Positions 1-11,083 of a stretch of 64,000 nt of DNA are shown piece after piece (position 1 is the stretch's first letter; every line of letters starts with the position of its first letter). Source of the stretch: an uncultured Actinomycetes bacterium (GTDB lineage Bacteria > Actinomycetota > Thermoleophilia > Gaiellales > Gaiellaceae); assembly GCA_963814565.1 (NCBI GenBank), contig CAWFDO010000012.1:437-64436 (forward strand), given 5' to 3'. A program made the translations under genes and the position numbers. The notes beneath the pieces are model-generated. The model saw only the letters and a program-made list of their open reading frames with translations. It was not told where the DNA came from and searched no databases.

Positions 1-308
1 ACGCGTCGCGGCCGCGTCCCTCGCGACCTGCGTGTTCTCGACGCGGCCACGCTCGAGCAGGAGACGGATGCGGCCGCGAGCGTCGTCCGGGCGAAGCGCC
101 GCGTCTGCCTCGTCGAGCGTCCGGTCGGCGTCGTCGAAGCGGCGCTGGAGCCCCTGCGCGCGGGCGAGCTGCGTCAGCATCTCCGCGAGGCGGGCGCCGT
201 CGTGCTCCGCACGGGCGCGGGGAGTAGCGCTTCGAAGCGCCGTTCGCTCTCCGCTGGGTCACCGAAGTCCCAGAGGTCGTCGAGCCGGTCGAGCGGAAGG
301 TCGTCCAC
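1..308 (-). CDS. N-terminal part of a TPR-like helical protein (runs off left edge; one frameshift)
   Basis: Manual translation from GTG 308: MDDLPLDRLDDLWDFGDPAESERRFEALL/..AEMLTQLARAQGLQRRFDDADRTLDEA..RGRIRLLLERGRV; sits just after the upstream gene's stop. Confidence 0.6.
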
Positions 309-314
309 GCGCTC

Positions 315-1133
315 TCAGCTCAGCGCTGAGATCGCCGCGTACGCCACGACGCGCCGCCTCGTCCACGCGGCAGCGCCCAGAACCCGTCGGGCGTCGAGAA
401 GATCTCGACGTCGAGCGTGCCGTCCCAGCCGGCGGATGCGCAGACGCGTCCACGAGCGCTCGTCGGACCGCCGTCGGGCTCGGGAAGTTCGCGGTCGCCC
501 GGGTCGGACTCCGTCGGCTCGTCGGCGACATGGAGCCCCGTGATCCGATCCGACACGCGCCGCGACGACGGCCTCTCGTCGGCCCGAGGTTGTACGTGTC
601 GGCCATGATCCCGACGTCGCCGAGCCCGGCCTCGTCGAGCAGGGCGAGGGCGTCTGCGATCGAGTTCACGAAGCCCGTCGACGTCGCGCTGCGGCGGGTG
701 GATCGGCTCGAAGCCCGAGTCGGACACGGCCTCGGCGCCGCACGTCCGCGACGCGCCGGAGGCCGTCGATCGACGAGTCGCGGCCCTCGTCGTCGGAGCG
801 CGCCGCCGAGCGGCCCGGTGAGGCAGAGGATCGCACTCCGGGTCGTACGCGGCCAGGCGCCGGACCGAGTCGCAGATCGCCTCGATCCGCTCCTCGGGGT
901 CGGCGGGGCCCTCCATGCCCGGGATCGCGAGCGGGAGGAATCGACGGGACCGTCGGGACGCAGTTCGAGACCGCCAGCCCGTGCTCGGCAGGAGCGCGCG
1001 GTTCGCGGCGTCGTCGTCGGGGAGCTTGAACTCCCAGATCCCGATCGCGTCGAAACCCGCTGCCGCGTACGCCAGCGACGTCCTCCTCGAACGACGCGTT
1101 CACCGTCGAGATCGCCGAGAGCGACCGCTTCAC
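315..1133 (-). CDS. Sugar-phosphate isomerase/epimerase (xylose isomerase-like TIM barrel), frameshifted in this sequence
   Basis: Stitched frames give MKRSLSAISTVNASFEEDV..AAAGFDAIGIWE..FEPIHP..GIMADTYNL..GLHVAD..LDVEIFS (E/D/H/E metal motifs); GTG overlaps upstream TGA. Confidence 0.75.
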
Positions 1134-2767
1134 GAGCGTCCTGGAAGCTTTGCAACAAGGCGGCGTGTCAGCGGCGGCTTCGTCAGCTCCTTCGCGACGA
1201 GGTAGCCGGAGCCCGCGCCCAGCCCCGGGCCCGGGTGGGTGCTCGCCCCGACGTGCCACAGGCCTTCGACGGTCGTGCGTGGCCCGGGCGCCGCGCGAAC
1301 GGCCGCCAGAGGAGGTTCTGGTCGAGCGCGCAGCTCCCGGCGTAGATGTCGCCGTCGACGAGGTTGCAGTTCAGGCCTCGAGGTCGACGGGGGAGAGGAC
1401 CGACGCGCTTCAGGGTCGCGGCCTCGAGGTTCTCGATCGAGTCGCCGAGCCGGCGCGACGATCCGGTCGGCGTACGCCTCGCGGAGCTCCTCGGTCCACG
1501 TGCCGTCGCCGACGTCGAGCTCGCCGGCGGCGTCGCCCTTGACCCGCCCGGCCGGCAGCTCCTGGAGCTGGATCCAGACGATCCACTTCCCGTCCGGCGC
1601 ACGCGACGGATCGACGGCGCACGGCTGGCCGACGACGATCGTCGCCTCGGCCGGGAGCAGGCCGCGCTCGGCCTCGTTGACCGCGCGCGAGACGCCGTCC
1701 AGGCCCGGCGTGACGTGCACGATCGCCGTGCGCGCCAGGCGGTCGGCCTCCGGCCCTTCCAGCGCGGCGGCTCGTCCATCGCGATGTGGATCTGCATCCC
1801 GGCGCGGCCGTAGCGGTAACGCTCGGCCGCGGAGCGGACGTCCGGCGGCGACGTCGCCCGGGCGGAGGAGCGAGCCGTAGAGCTGCGTCGGCGTGACGCC
1901 GGCGACGACGGCGCGCGTCGCGGTGACCGTCTCGCCGTCGGCGAGCGCGACGCCGATCGCGCGGCCGCCCGAGACGGTGATCCGCTCGACGTGCGCGTCC
2001 GTCCGCAGCTCTCCGCCGGCGTCCGTCACGATCCCCGCGAGTGCGTCGACGAGCTTGACTCCGCCGCCGACGGGGACGGGCATCCCGCCGAGTTGGATCG
2101 CGCACGCGATCACCTGGGTCATGAACCCCGAGACGGCGTTGTCGGGACCGAGCCCGGTGTGGAGAACCCACGGCGCGAGGAGCCCGTGCGCCTGCTCCGA
2201 GCGGAACGTCGCCGTCGTCCAGTCGCGGCACGTCGCAAGCGCGTGCCCTGCGAAGTCGAGGAGGCCGCGGCGGCCGAACCGGCGGAGCATCGCGCTGCCC
2301 GAGGCCGAGTCCGGCCGTCGACCAGAGCTCGGTCCCGAGGACGCCGAAGCTGACGTCCGCGTTCGCCATGAACTCCTCGAACTGGCGCTGCCACGCCGCG
2401 CCGTCGCCCTCGGCGAAGCGGTCGAACTCGGCGACGTTCGCCTCGAGCGACGTCTGGAGGAACATCGCGGAGCCGTCCGGGAACGCCGTCGCGGTCGGGA
2501 GCTCGGTGTTCAGGTACTCGAGGCCGCGCCGGTGGAGCTCGTCGCCGAGCTCGGCGTACGCCGCGGAGCCCTGGAACAGCGGATGCCAGGAGCTCAACAC
2601 CTCGTGCGTGAAGCCCGGAAGCGTGTAGTCCGGCACGGTGCGGATCGCGCCGCCGAGCCGGTCGGAGCGCTCGAGCACGCAGACGCTCCAGCCGTCCCGG
2701 GCGAGCAGCGCCGCGGCCGTCAGCGTGTTGATCCCCGAGCCGACGAGCACCGCGTCGAACGCGCCAT
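1130..2767 (-). CDS. Phytoene dehydrogenase (CrtI)-like NAD(P)/FAD-dependent oxidoreductase, frameshifted
   Basis: FDAVLVGSGINTLTAAALLARDGWSVCVLERSDRLGG FAD fold; PVGGGVKLVDAL; C-terminal LWHVGASTHPGPGLGAGSG. Confidence 0.85.
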
Positions 2768-2773
2768 GGGGCG

Positions 2774-2826
2774 ACGCTACCACGGCTCGAGCACCTTGAC
2801 ATGTCACCGGGTGCGGTGTGCAGAAT
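2774..2826. promoter_or_regulatory. Divergent leaderless promoters with palindrome TGACATGTCA (2797-2806)
   Basis: Plus-strand -10 CAGAAT 2821-2826 is 6 nt before ATG 2833; minus-strand TGgTAGCGT is 6 nt before ATG 2767; the palindrome overlaps TTGACA 2796-2801. Confidence 0.7.
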
Positions 2827-2832
2827 CGCCGC

Positions 2833-3685
2833 ATGCTGCTGCGTGAGGTCTCGTACGCGCGTCCGGCCACCGTCGACGAGGCGGTCTCCCTTCTCGCCGA
2901 GCACGACGGGGCGCGTGCGCTCGCAGGTGGCCAGACGCTGGTCAACGTGATGAAGCAGCGGGCCGCCTCGCCCGACGTGCTCGTCGACCTCGCGGGACTC
3001 GACGAGCTCCGCACGATCTCCGTCTCCGGGTCGACGCTCGAGATCGGCGCGATGGCGACGCTGACCGTCGCTGATCCGCTCCTCCGAGGTCGAGGTGACG
3101 CGGCCGATCCTCGCCGAGGTCGCGGCCACGGTGGCCGACGTCCAGGTGCGAAACCGCGGGACGCTCGGCGGCAACATCTGCGTCAACGACCCGACGAACC
3201 ACTTCCCGCCGCTCCTCGTCGCGCTCGGCGCCTCGATGACCATCCGCAGCGTCGGCCGGCGAGCGAACGGTCGGGGCCGACGACTTCTTCGTCGGCGTGT
3301 TCGAGACCGCGGTCCGCGAGGGCGACCTGCTGACCCGGATCAGCATCCCGGCCGGCGGCAAGGGCACCGGCGACGGGATGGCGGGCGTGACGCTCGGCGC
3401 GCACGGGACGTACATCGCGAACGCGGCGGCCTCGGTCGTCGACGGCGCGTGGCGGGTCGCGCTCGGGTGCGTCGCGGCGGTGCCGGTGCGGGCCACCGCG
3501 GTCGAGGAGCGGCTCGCGGGCAGCGAGGTCGACGAGGCGCTCGCTGCGCGAGGCCGTCGAGGGCCTCGGCGCGTCGCTCGACCCGCCGTCCGACGTCCAC
3601 GCGCTCGGCCGACTACCGGCGCAGCCTCGCCGAGACGTCCGTCGTCCGCGCAGTCCTCCAGGCATCCGAGCGAGCGAAGGGGTAG
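2833..3685 (+). CDS. Molybdenum hydroxylase FAD-binding medium subunit (CoxM/XdhB-like), frameshifted
   Basis: [49 protein letters not shown]. Confidence 0.9.
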
Positions 3686-3687
3686 CC

Positions 3688-4173
3688 GTGCCGACACCGA
3701 CAACGAGTCAGTTCGTCACCGTCACGGTGAACGGCCTCACGGTCGAGAAGGAGGTGCCCGCGCGCCGTCTCCTCGTCCACCTCCTCCGCGACGACCTCGA
3801 CCTGACCGGGACGCACGTCGGCTGCGACACGGGCAGCTGTGGGGCCTGCACCGTCCAGCTCGACGGCAGTTGCCTGTGAAGAGCTGTGCAGTGCTCGCCG
3901 TCCAGGCGGACGGCGCCCGCGTGACGACGGTCGAGGGGCTTGCCGGGCGACAGAGCGAGACGCCGCTCCAGCGGTCGTTCGCCGAGCACCACGCGCTGCA
4001 GTGCGGCTACTGCACGCCGGGGATGCTGATGAGCGCGACGCGCGTTGCTCGCCGACAACCCGAGCCCGAGCGAGGACGAGGTCAAGGTCGCGCTCCAGGG
4101 CAACATCTGCCGGTGCACGGGGTACTGGAACATCGTCGAGGCCGTGGTCGCGGCCGGGAAGGCGTCGGCATGA
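3688..4173 (+). CDS. Molybdenum hydroxylase 2Fe-2S small subunit (CoxS-like), frameshifted
   Basis: [19 protein letters not shown]; QCGYCTPGM; GNICRCTGY. Confidence 0.92.
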
Positions 4174-6630
4174 GCGTCACCACGAGCGAGGAGACCACGA
4201 CGCTCCAGAAGGGGTTCGTCGGGCAGAGCGTCCCGCGCAAGGAGGACCGCCGTCTCGTCGAGGGCCAGGGGGTCTTCTTCGACGACGTCAAGCGGCACGG
4301 GATGGGCTACCTCCACTTCGTGCGCTCGCCGTATGCGCACGCGCGGATCGAGTCCGTCGACGTCAGCGCCGCGCTCGCGCTGCCCGGCGTGTACGGGACG
4401 CTGACGGGCGACGAGGTCGCGATCCTGACCGACCCGTTCTTCCAGATCGCCGCCGAGCCCGGCGGCAGCGTCAAGGACTACGCGCTCGCCGTCGGCAAGG
4501 TGCGCTACCTCGGCGAGCCGGTCGTCGCGGTCGTCGCGGAGACGAGGCGAGCTCGCACGCGACGCCGCGGAGCTCGTCCTGGTCGACTACGAGCCGCTCG
4601 ACGTCATCGTCGACGCGCGGAAGGCGCTCGAGGACGGAGCACCGCGTCCTCCACGAGGAGTGCGGCGGGAACATGTCCTACAGCGGCGTCTGGGAGTGGG
4701 GTGACCTCGACGCGGCGTTCGCCGAGGCGGACCACGTCGTCAAGATCTCGGAGCTCCACTTCGACCGCTTCAACTCGACCCCGCTCGAGCTCGACGGCGC
4801 GCTCGTCGAGTTCAACCGCGGCACGGGGCAGTGGACGATCACGACCAACAACCAGTTCCCCGGGTTCGCCGTGATCATGATGGCGCCCGGCGATGCGGGT
4901 CGGCACCGACAAGCTGCGCATCGTCACGCAGGACATCGGCGGCGGCTTCGGCAACAAGATCACCTCGCACCCGCAGCTCGTCGCGTGCTGCCTGCTCGCC
5001 CGGAAGCTCAACCGGCCGATCCAGTGGACGGAGTGGCGGACGGACTTCCACCAGTCGATGTCGCACGGGAACGAGCGCTGGTTCCTGGACACCGAGGTCG
5101 CGGTCACGGCCGACGGCACGATGCTCGGCTTCCGCACGAAGGCGATCGACGACGCGGGCGCGTACCTCCGCTACGAGCCGCTCGGCGGCGTCATCTGGGC
5201 ACAGGTCTCGCCCGGCATGTACCGGTGGCGCAACATCCGCGTCGAGTTCACGCAGGCGATGACGAACAAGGCGCCGTGCTCGCCGAATCGCGGCTACTCG
5301 CGGATGCAGCACCTGTGGCTGACGGAGCGGATCATCGACATCGTCGCCGCCGAGCTCGGCATGGACCGCGTCGAGATCCGGCGGAAGAACTACGTCCAGC
5401 CCGAGGACATGCCGTACGAGACGCCGAACGGGTGCGTCTACGACTCCGGCGACTACCCGCGTGCGCTCGACATGGCGCTCGAGCTGATCGGCTACGACAC
5501 GATCGAGGAGCGCCGCGCGGAGGCGGCCTCGCGCGGCAAGCTGCTCGGCGTCGGGATCGGCTCGACGCTCGACTCGGGGACGAACAACTTCGGGCAGTCG
5601 CAGCTCCTGAACCCCGACCTCCAGTTCTCGGGCAACAACGAGGTCGCGACGGTCAAGCTCGACATCTTCGGCGAGATCGTCGTCACGCTCGGGACGACGC
5701 CGCAGGGGCAGGGTCACGAGACGACGGCCGCGCAGGTCGTCGCGGACATCCTCGGCTGCGACGTCGACATCGTCCACGTCCGGGCGGGGCACGACAGCTA
5801 CTGGAACTCGCACGCGGGCTTCTCCGGCACGTACGCGAGCCAGTTCGCCGTCACGGGCCTCGGCGCGGTGAAGGGCGCGACCGACATGCTCGCCGAGCAG
5901 ATGAAGACCCTCGCCTCGATGGTCTTCCAGTGCCCGATCGAGGCGATCGAGCTCGCCGACGGGTTCGCGCGGATCAAGGACAACCCGGAGGCGGCGCTGC
6001 CGTTCATGGCGCTCGGCGCGATCCCGAACGCGAACAACGCCGGGTTCCCGGTCGACCCGCCGCCGATGAACGCGCGCTTCGTCTACCGGCCGCCGTTCGA
6101 CGTGCCCGACAAGGAGCGGAAGTTCGGGAAGCTGACGCTGACGTACGCGATGCAGATCCACGCGTGCGTCGTCGAGGTCGACCCCGAGACGGGCGTCTAC
6201 GAGATCCTCGACTACGCGGCCGTCGACGACTGCGGCGTGCGGATCAACCCGCAGATCGTCGAGGGCCAGGTGATGGGCGCGACCGCCCACGCGATCGGCG
6301 CCGCGATGTTCGAGTCGTTCACGTACGACGAGGAGGGCAACCTCCTGACGCCCAACTTCTACGACTACCACGTGCCGCACACGCTCGACATGCCGCCGCT
6401 GCAGACGGCGGCGATCGAGTCGCCCTCGCCGTTCACGCCGCTCGGCACGAAGGGGATGGGCGAGGGCGGCGGCGGCGGGATCCACTGCATCGGGGCGGCG
6501 CTGCAGGATGCGCTCCGCGCAGTCCGGCGGCGCGCTCGTGACCGACAGCCACAACCCGTACCACCGCGTCTGGGAGATGCTGCGCGAGCCAGAGCGGTCA
6601 CGTTCGAAGGTGGAGGTGACGTCGAAGTGA
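4170..6630 (+). CDS. Molybdopterin-binding large subunit, xanthine dehydrogenase/CoxL family (not CO dehydrogenase), frameshifted
   Basis: [17 protein letters not shown]; DIGGGFGNK; active-site loop PNRGYSR; QGQGHET; GTKGMGEGG with catalytic Glu. Confidence 0.9.
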
Positions 6631-7084
6631 AGCTCGAGGGGACGAAGGAGTTCGACGCGCCGCGCGAGGTCGTCTGGAGCGTGATCAACGACCCGTCGAA
6701 GATGGCGAAGACGATGCCGGGCGTCGAGAGCTTCGAGATCGCGGACGACAGGCACTGGAGCGCCAAGGTGAAGGTTCCGCTCGGGCTCGGCGGGCTCAAG
6801 ATGTCGATCGCCTTCACGAAGCTCGAGGAGCGGCCGCTCGAGTTCGCGTCGCATGAACGCGAAGGGGCAGGGCGTCGGCGCGCATGATGAACATGACGAC
6901 CTCGTTCTCGCTCTCCGGCGAGGGGGACACGACGTCGATGGCCTGGGAGGCCGACGTCAAGATCGCCGGCCCCGTCGGCTCGATGGGGCAGCGCGTGCTG
7001 CAGCCGATCATCAACCAGCAGGTCGGGAACGTGCTCGCGGCGCTCGACGCCGAGGTGCAGGCGGCGAAGACCGCGGCCGGATAG
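6627..7084 (+). CDS. coxG: CoxG/SRPBCC-family accessory protein, frameshifted
   Basis: [47 protein letters not shown]; GTGA overlap with the large subunit. Confidence 0.8.
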
Positions 7085-7146
7085 AGCACGCGGGCGGAGA
7101 GACGAGGCCCGGCTCGGATCTGTCAACTTCAGGACCGCACGCTCTA
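7082..7146. repeat. Short palindromic element TAGAGC...GCTCTA beginning at the coxG stop codon
   Basis: TAGAGCACGCGG vs reverse complement of CCGCACGCTCTA, 10/12 match. Confidence 0.4.
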
Positions 7147-7159
7147 GGATGAGCGGACG

Positions 7160-9985
7160 GTGCCTCGGCGCCGGCGGCGTGTGCCTGATACCGGCGATCA
7201 CCTCGAGTTCAACGTCCTCGGCCCGCTCGAGGTCCGGCGGGACGGAACGGCGCTTCCGCTCGGCGGCCGGCGCCAGCGCACGTTGCTCGCATGTCTGCTG
7301 CTTCGTCGCAACGAGGTCGTCCCGCGCGAGCAGTTGATCGACGCAGTGTGGGGCGACACACCGCCGGCGAACGGGACGAACTCGCTCCAGGTCGCGGTGC
7401 ATGGGCTACGACGGCTTCTTGGCCATGATCGTGTGCGGGCGGAGCGGGATGGGTACGAGCTCGTGGTCGCCCCGGACGAGCTCGATCTCGACGAGTTCGA
7501 GCGCGCTGCAGGCCGCGCGCGCCGCGGAACCGCCACGGCTGCGGAGCTCCGGAAGGCGCTGTCGCTCTGGCGGGGTGTCGCCGCATCCGATACGTATCCG
7601 AGCCGCGTTCGCAACGAGCTCGCGCGCCTGGATGAGCTGCGGGTCTTCCTGATCGAGGAGCGGATCGACGCAGACCTCGCCTCGGGTCGCCATGCAGGGC
7701 TTGTCGAGGAGATCGAATCGCTTCTGGCGGAGAGCCCCTACCGGGAGCGTCTTCACGCTCAGCGACTCCTCGCGCTCTATCGCACCGGGCGGCAGGCGGA
7801 CGCGCTGGAGGCGTACGCGGCTGCGCGACGCATGTTTGTCGATGACCTCGGGCTCGAGCCGGGGCCGGAGCTTCGCAACCTCGAGGCGCGCATCCTCCGT
7901 CAGGATCCGGACCTCGACGCGCCACGCCCCGTTCCGGCGCTGATCGGCGCTCCGCTCCCGGTGCCGCCGACGCCGCTGGTCGGTCGCGGTATCGAGCGCG
8001 CGGCTGCTGCCGCACTCCTCCGGCTCCCCGAGGTGCGGCTTCTCACGCTGACCGGCGTCGGCGGTTCCGGCAAGACACGGGTGGCGTTGGCCGTGGCCGC
8101 GGATCTGGGCGGCGAGTACGCCGACGGCGCGCACTTCCTCGACCTCGCCCCGTTGCGCAAACCCGAGCTCGTGCTCGGCGCGATCGCCCGTCTCCTGCGC
8201 GTGCCCGAGACCGATGGGCGGGCGGCGCTCGAGGCGCTCGCCGAAGCTTTGGGCGACCGCGAGCTCTTGCTGGTTGCTGACAACTTCGAGCACCTGCTGG
8301 ACGCTGCGCCAGCCGTGGTCGCGCTCCTGGCCGCGCTGCCCGGCCTGGACATCCTCGCGACGAGTCGTGCGCCCCTCCGTCTCGCGGCGGAGCGCGAGTA
8401 TCCGATCCGTCCGCTCGAGCTGCCAACGGGAGGGAGCAGCGTCGACATCGGCACACTCGGTCGAAACGACGCAGTTGCGCTGTTCACGGCTCGGGCCAGC
8501 GCGGTGCAACCGTCGTTCGAGCTCACGAGCGAGAATGCGGCCGCGGTTGCGGAGATCTGCGTCGCGGTCGACGGCCTGCCGCTCGCGCTCGAGCTGGCCG
8601 CCGCCAAGATGAGGCTGCTCCCGCCCGCCGGGCTCCTCGAGCGACTTCACGGCCGCTTGGACACCTTGACGGCGCGCGCCCGGGACGTCCCCGAGCGGCA
8701 ACGCACCATCCGCGCGACGATCGACTGGAGCTACGACCTGATCGGCTCGTCGGAGCAGCACCTGTTCGCTCGGTTGTCGGTGTTTCCCGCCGACTTCTCG
8801 TTCGAGGCAGCCGAGAAGATCTGCGACGCCACGATGGACACGTTGGAGGCGCTCGTGGACAGCAGCCTTCTGCAGCCGGCGGGTGAGGGACGCTTCAGGA
8901 TGCTCGAGATCGTCCGTCAGCGCGCGGCCGAGTACCTGGTCGAAGCGGGCGAGACCGACGCGGTCGGACGGCGACATCTCGACTTCTTCCTCGAGCTCGG
9001 CGAGAAGCTTCGACCAAGCCTTCGAGGTGCAGGTTCCGAGGCAGGGTTTGCAACCGTCGAGCGCGAGCACGACAACTTCCGAAGCGCGATGGTCTTCGCC
9101 CGCACGAAAGGCCTGAACGAGGTCCAGCTTCGACTGGCGCGCGCGATCCACCGGCTCTGGTACCTGCGCGGCTACCTGAGCGAAGGACGTGCCTGGCTGG
9201 AGGAGGCACTGGCCGCCGACGGCCCGCACATGCCTCAGCTGAGAGCGCAGGCGCTTGCCGGGTTGGGCGCGATCACGTGGCGCCAGGGTGATCTTCCGGC
9301 GGCCGAGTCGTACGCTTCGGAGGCGCTCGAGCTCCTCCGTCAGCACGGTGAGGAGCAGGAGCTGGTTGGCCCGTTGAGCATCCTCGGCGTCGTGGCCGCG
9401 AGTCGCGACGACTACGCCCGCGCGTCGGAGCTCTACGAGGAGATGGAGTCGCTCGCCCGAGCGGTCGGCGACGGCTACGGGCTCGCGATGTCGTTCAACA
9501 ACCAGGCGTATGCGGCCTGGATGACCGACGACGTGTCCCGGGCGGAGCAACTCTGGAAGTCGTGTCGGGAAGCGGCCGGCAACGCCGAGACGACCGAAGT
9601 CATGGCGCTGGCGATCAGCGGCCTCGGCGACATCGCCCTTGCGCGTGGTGACCTCGGGCGCGCCGGACGCCAATTTCGCGAGGCGCTCGCGGTCTACTCA
9701 CAGCTCGGGTTTCCCGACCTCGAGGCCGACATGTGCGTCTGTCTGGCCGCGGTCGCCGCAAGGGAGAATCAGCTCGAGCGTGCTGCGCGTCTGCTCGGCG
9801 CTGCCGCCTCCTTGCGCCGAGTCGGCGGGACCATCGAGCCGGCGGTGCTCGGCTACCTCGACGAGGCGACGGCCGCCGGTCGGGCGGAGCTAGGCGATGC
9901 GACGTTCGCTGCTTCCTTCGGACGCGGTCGGGCGGCACCCGGTGACGTCCTCGACGAGGAGCGAGCGAGGGCCGAAGCACGATGA
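7160..9985 (+). CDS. AfsR/SARP-type regulator: winged HTH + BTAD + NB-ARC-like ATPase + TPR
   Basis: FNVLGPLEVRRDG..LGGRRQRTLLA; ESPYRERLHAQRLLALYRTGRQADAL; P-loop GVGGSGKT; LLVADNFEHL; DGLPLALELAA (alternative start GTG 7181). Confidence 0.92.
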   Translation: MPRRRRRVPDTGDHLEFNVLGPLEVRRDGTALPLGGRRQRTLLACLLLRRNEVVPREQLIDAVWGDTPPANGTNSLQVAVHGLRRLLGHDRVRAERDGYELVVAPDELDLDEFERAAGRARRGTATAAELRKALSLWRGVAASDTYPSRVRNELARLDELRVFLIEERIDADLASGRHAGLVEEIESLLAESPYRERLHAQRLLALYRTGRQADALEAYAAARRMFVDDLGLEPGPELRNLEARILRQDPDLDAPRPVPALIGAPLPVPPTPLVGRGIERAAAAALLRLPEVRLLTLTGVGGSGKTRVALAVAADLGGEYADGAHFLDLAPLRKPELVLGAIARLLRVPETDGRAALEALAEALGDRELLLVADNFEHLLDAAPAVVALLAALPGLDILATSRAPLRLAAEREYPIRPLELPTGGSSVDIGTLGRNDAVALFTARASAVQPSFELTSENAAAVAEICVAVDGLPLALELAAAKMRLLPPAGLLERLHGRLDTLTARARDVPERQRTIRATIDWSYDLIGSSEQHLFARLSVFPADFSFEAAEKICDATMDTLEALVDSSLLQPAGEGRFRMLEIVRQRAAEYLVEAGETDAVGRRHLDFFLELGEKLRPSLRGAGSEAGFATVEREHDNFRSAMVFARTKGLNEVQLRLARAIHRLWYLRGYLSEGRAWLEEALAADGPHMPQLRAQALAGLGAITWRQGDLPAAESYASEALELLRQHGEEQELVGPLSILGVVAASRDDYARASELYEEMESLARAVGDGYGLAMSFNNQAYAAWMTDDVSRAEQLWKSCREAAGNAETTEVMALAISGLGDIALARGDLGRAGRQFREALAVYSQLGFPDLEADMCVCLAAVAARENQLERAARLLGAAASLRRVGGTIEPAVLGYLDEATAAGRAELGDATFAASFGRGRAAPGDVLDEERARAEAR

Positions 9986-10002
9986 CACTCGCCGAAAGCA
10001 CG

Positions 10003-10025
10003 TGTTAGTGTCGGTGACATGTCAC
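10003..10025 (+). promoter_or_regulatory. Extended -10 promoter with palindrome GTGACATGTCAC (10014-10025)
   Basis: TGtTAGTGT 10003-10011 followed by a perfect 12-bp palindrome over the expected start site. Confidence 0.7.
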
Positions 10026-10047
10026 GGAACCGGCGGGGAGCGAGCGG

Positions 10048-11083
10048 ATGACAGCGCCGTTCCGGATCGGCGTCATGCAGCTCACGATGGAGCCGCTCGA
10101 CGAGATGCTCGCGTCGGCGCGCGTGATGGACGAGGCGGGGATGGACACCGTTTGGCTCGCGGAGGCGTACCCGTGGTGGCGGAAGCACGGGATGGAGGCG
10201 CGCTCGTCCACCGTCGTCTCGGCTCTCATGGCCCGGGAGACGACGAGGCTCACGATCGGCTGGGGCATCATCTCGCCGTTCACGCGTCACCCCGTCCAGG
10301 TGGCCATGGACGCGCGCGTCGTCCAGGAGGCGGCGGGCCCGGGGCGATTCCTGCTCGGGTTCGGGACCTCGAAGATCTTCCTCAACAACATCCGCTCCCA
10401 GACCAAGAAGACGCTCGGGCCGATGCGCGACGCGGTCGCGATCGTCAAGGGCGTCCTCGGCGGGGGGGCCTTCGCGTACGAGGGCGAGACGTGGAGCGCC
10501 GATGTCCCGGCGCTGCAGGACGCGGCCCATACCCCGCGCGACGTCCCGCCCGTGTACGTCGCCGCGACCGCGCCGAAGATGCAGGCCCTCGCGGGCGAGA
10601 TCGCAGACGGGTGCCTGACCCCGTCGATCACGACGCCCGCGTTCGTCCGCTATACGCGCGAGAACGTCGACGCGGACATCGACATCGGCTGCACGGTCGT
10701 CGCGTCCATAGACGCGACCGACCGCGACCGCGGCAGGGACGGCGCGCGCGAGATCGCCGGGATGTACCTCGCGAACAAGGTCCAGAACATCGCAGGGCTC
10801 CGCGGATGTGCTCCTCGACCTCGCCGGGATCGAGCAGGACGAGATCCGCCCTGTCGCCGACGCGATGGAAGCGGGTGGCCGGCTCGCTGCGAAGGCGAAG
10901 GTCACCGACGCTCTGCTCGACAAGTGCAAGCCGATCGCGGGCACGCCGGACGAGTGCATCGCGGCAATCGAGGAGTACCGCGACGCAGGCTGCACGCACG
11001 TGATGCTCGAGCTCTGGGGCGAGGACCGCCACGAGCAGATCCGCCTGTTCGGCGAGGCGGTGCTGCCACACTTCCGCTCGTGA
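10048..11083 (+). CDS. Luciferase-like (LLM/Mer-type) flavin- or F420-dependent oxidoreductase; frameshift near 10797
   Basis: DEAGMDTVWLAE..TIGWGIISPFTRHP..GRFLLGFG..PVYVAATAPKMQALAGEIADG; C-terminus IAGTPDECIAAIEEYRDAGCTH in ORF 10808-11083. Confidence 0.88.

Noticed and set aside
1130-2767. Carotenoid biosynthesis (crtI)
   Set aside because: No crtB/crtE nearby; shares a promoter region with the Mo-hydroxylase; only family-level similarity
2833-7084. Aerobic CO dehydrogenase (coxMSL)
   Set aside because: Lacks AYxCSFR and the Cu-binding Cys; no coxDEF; loop reads PNRGYSR
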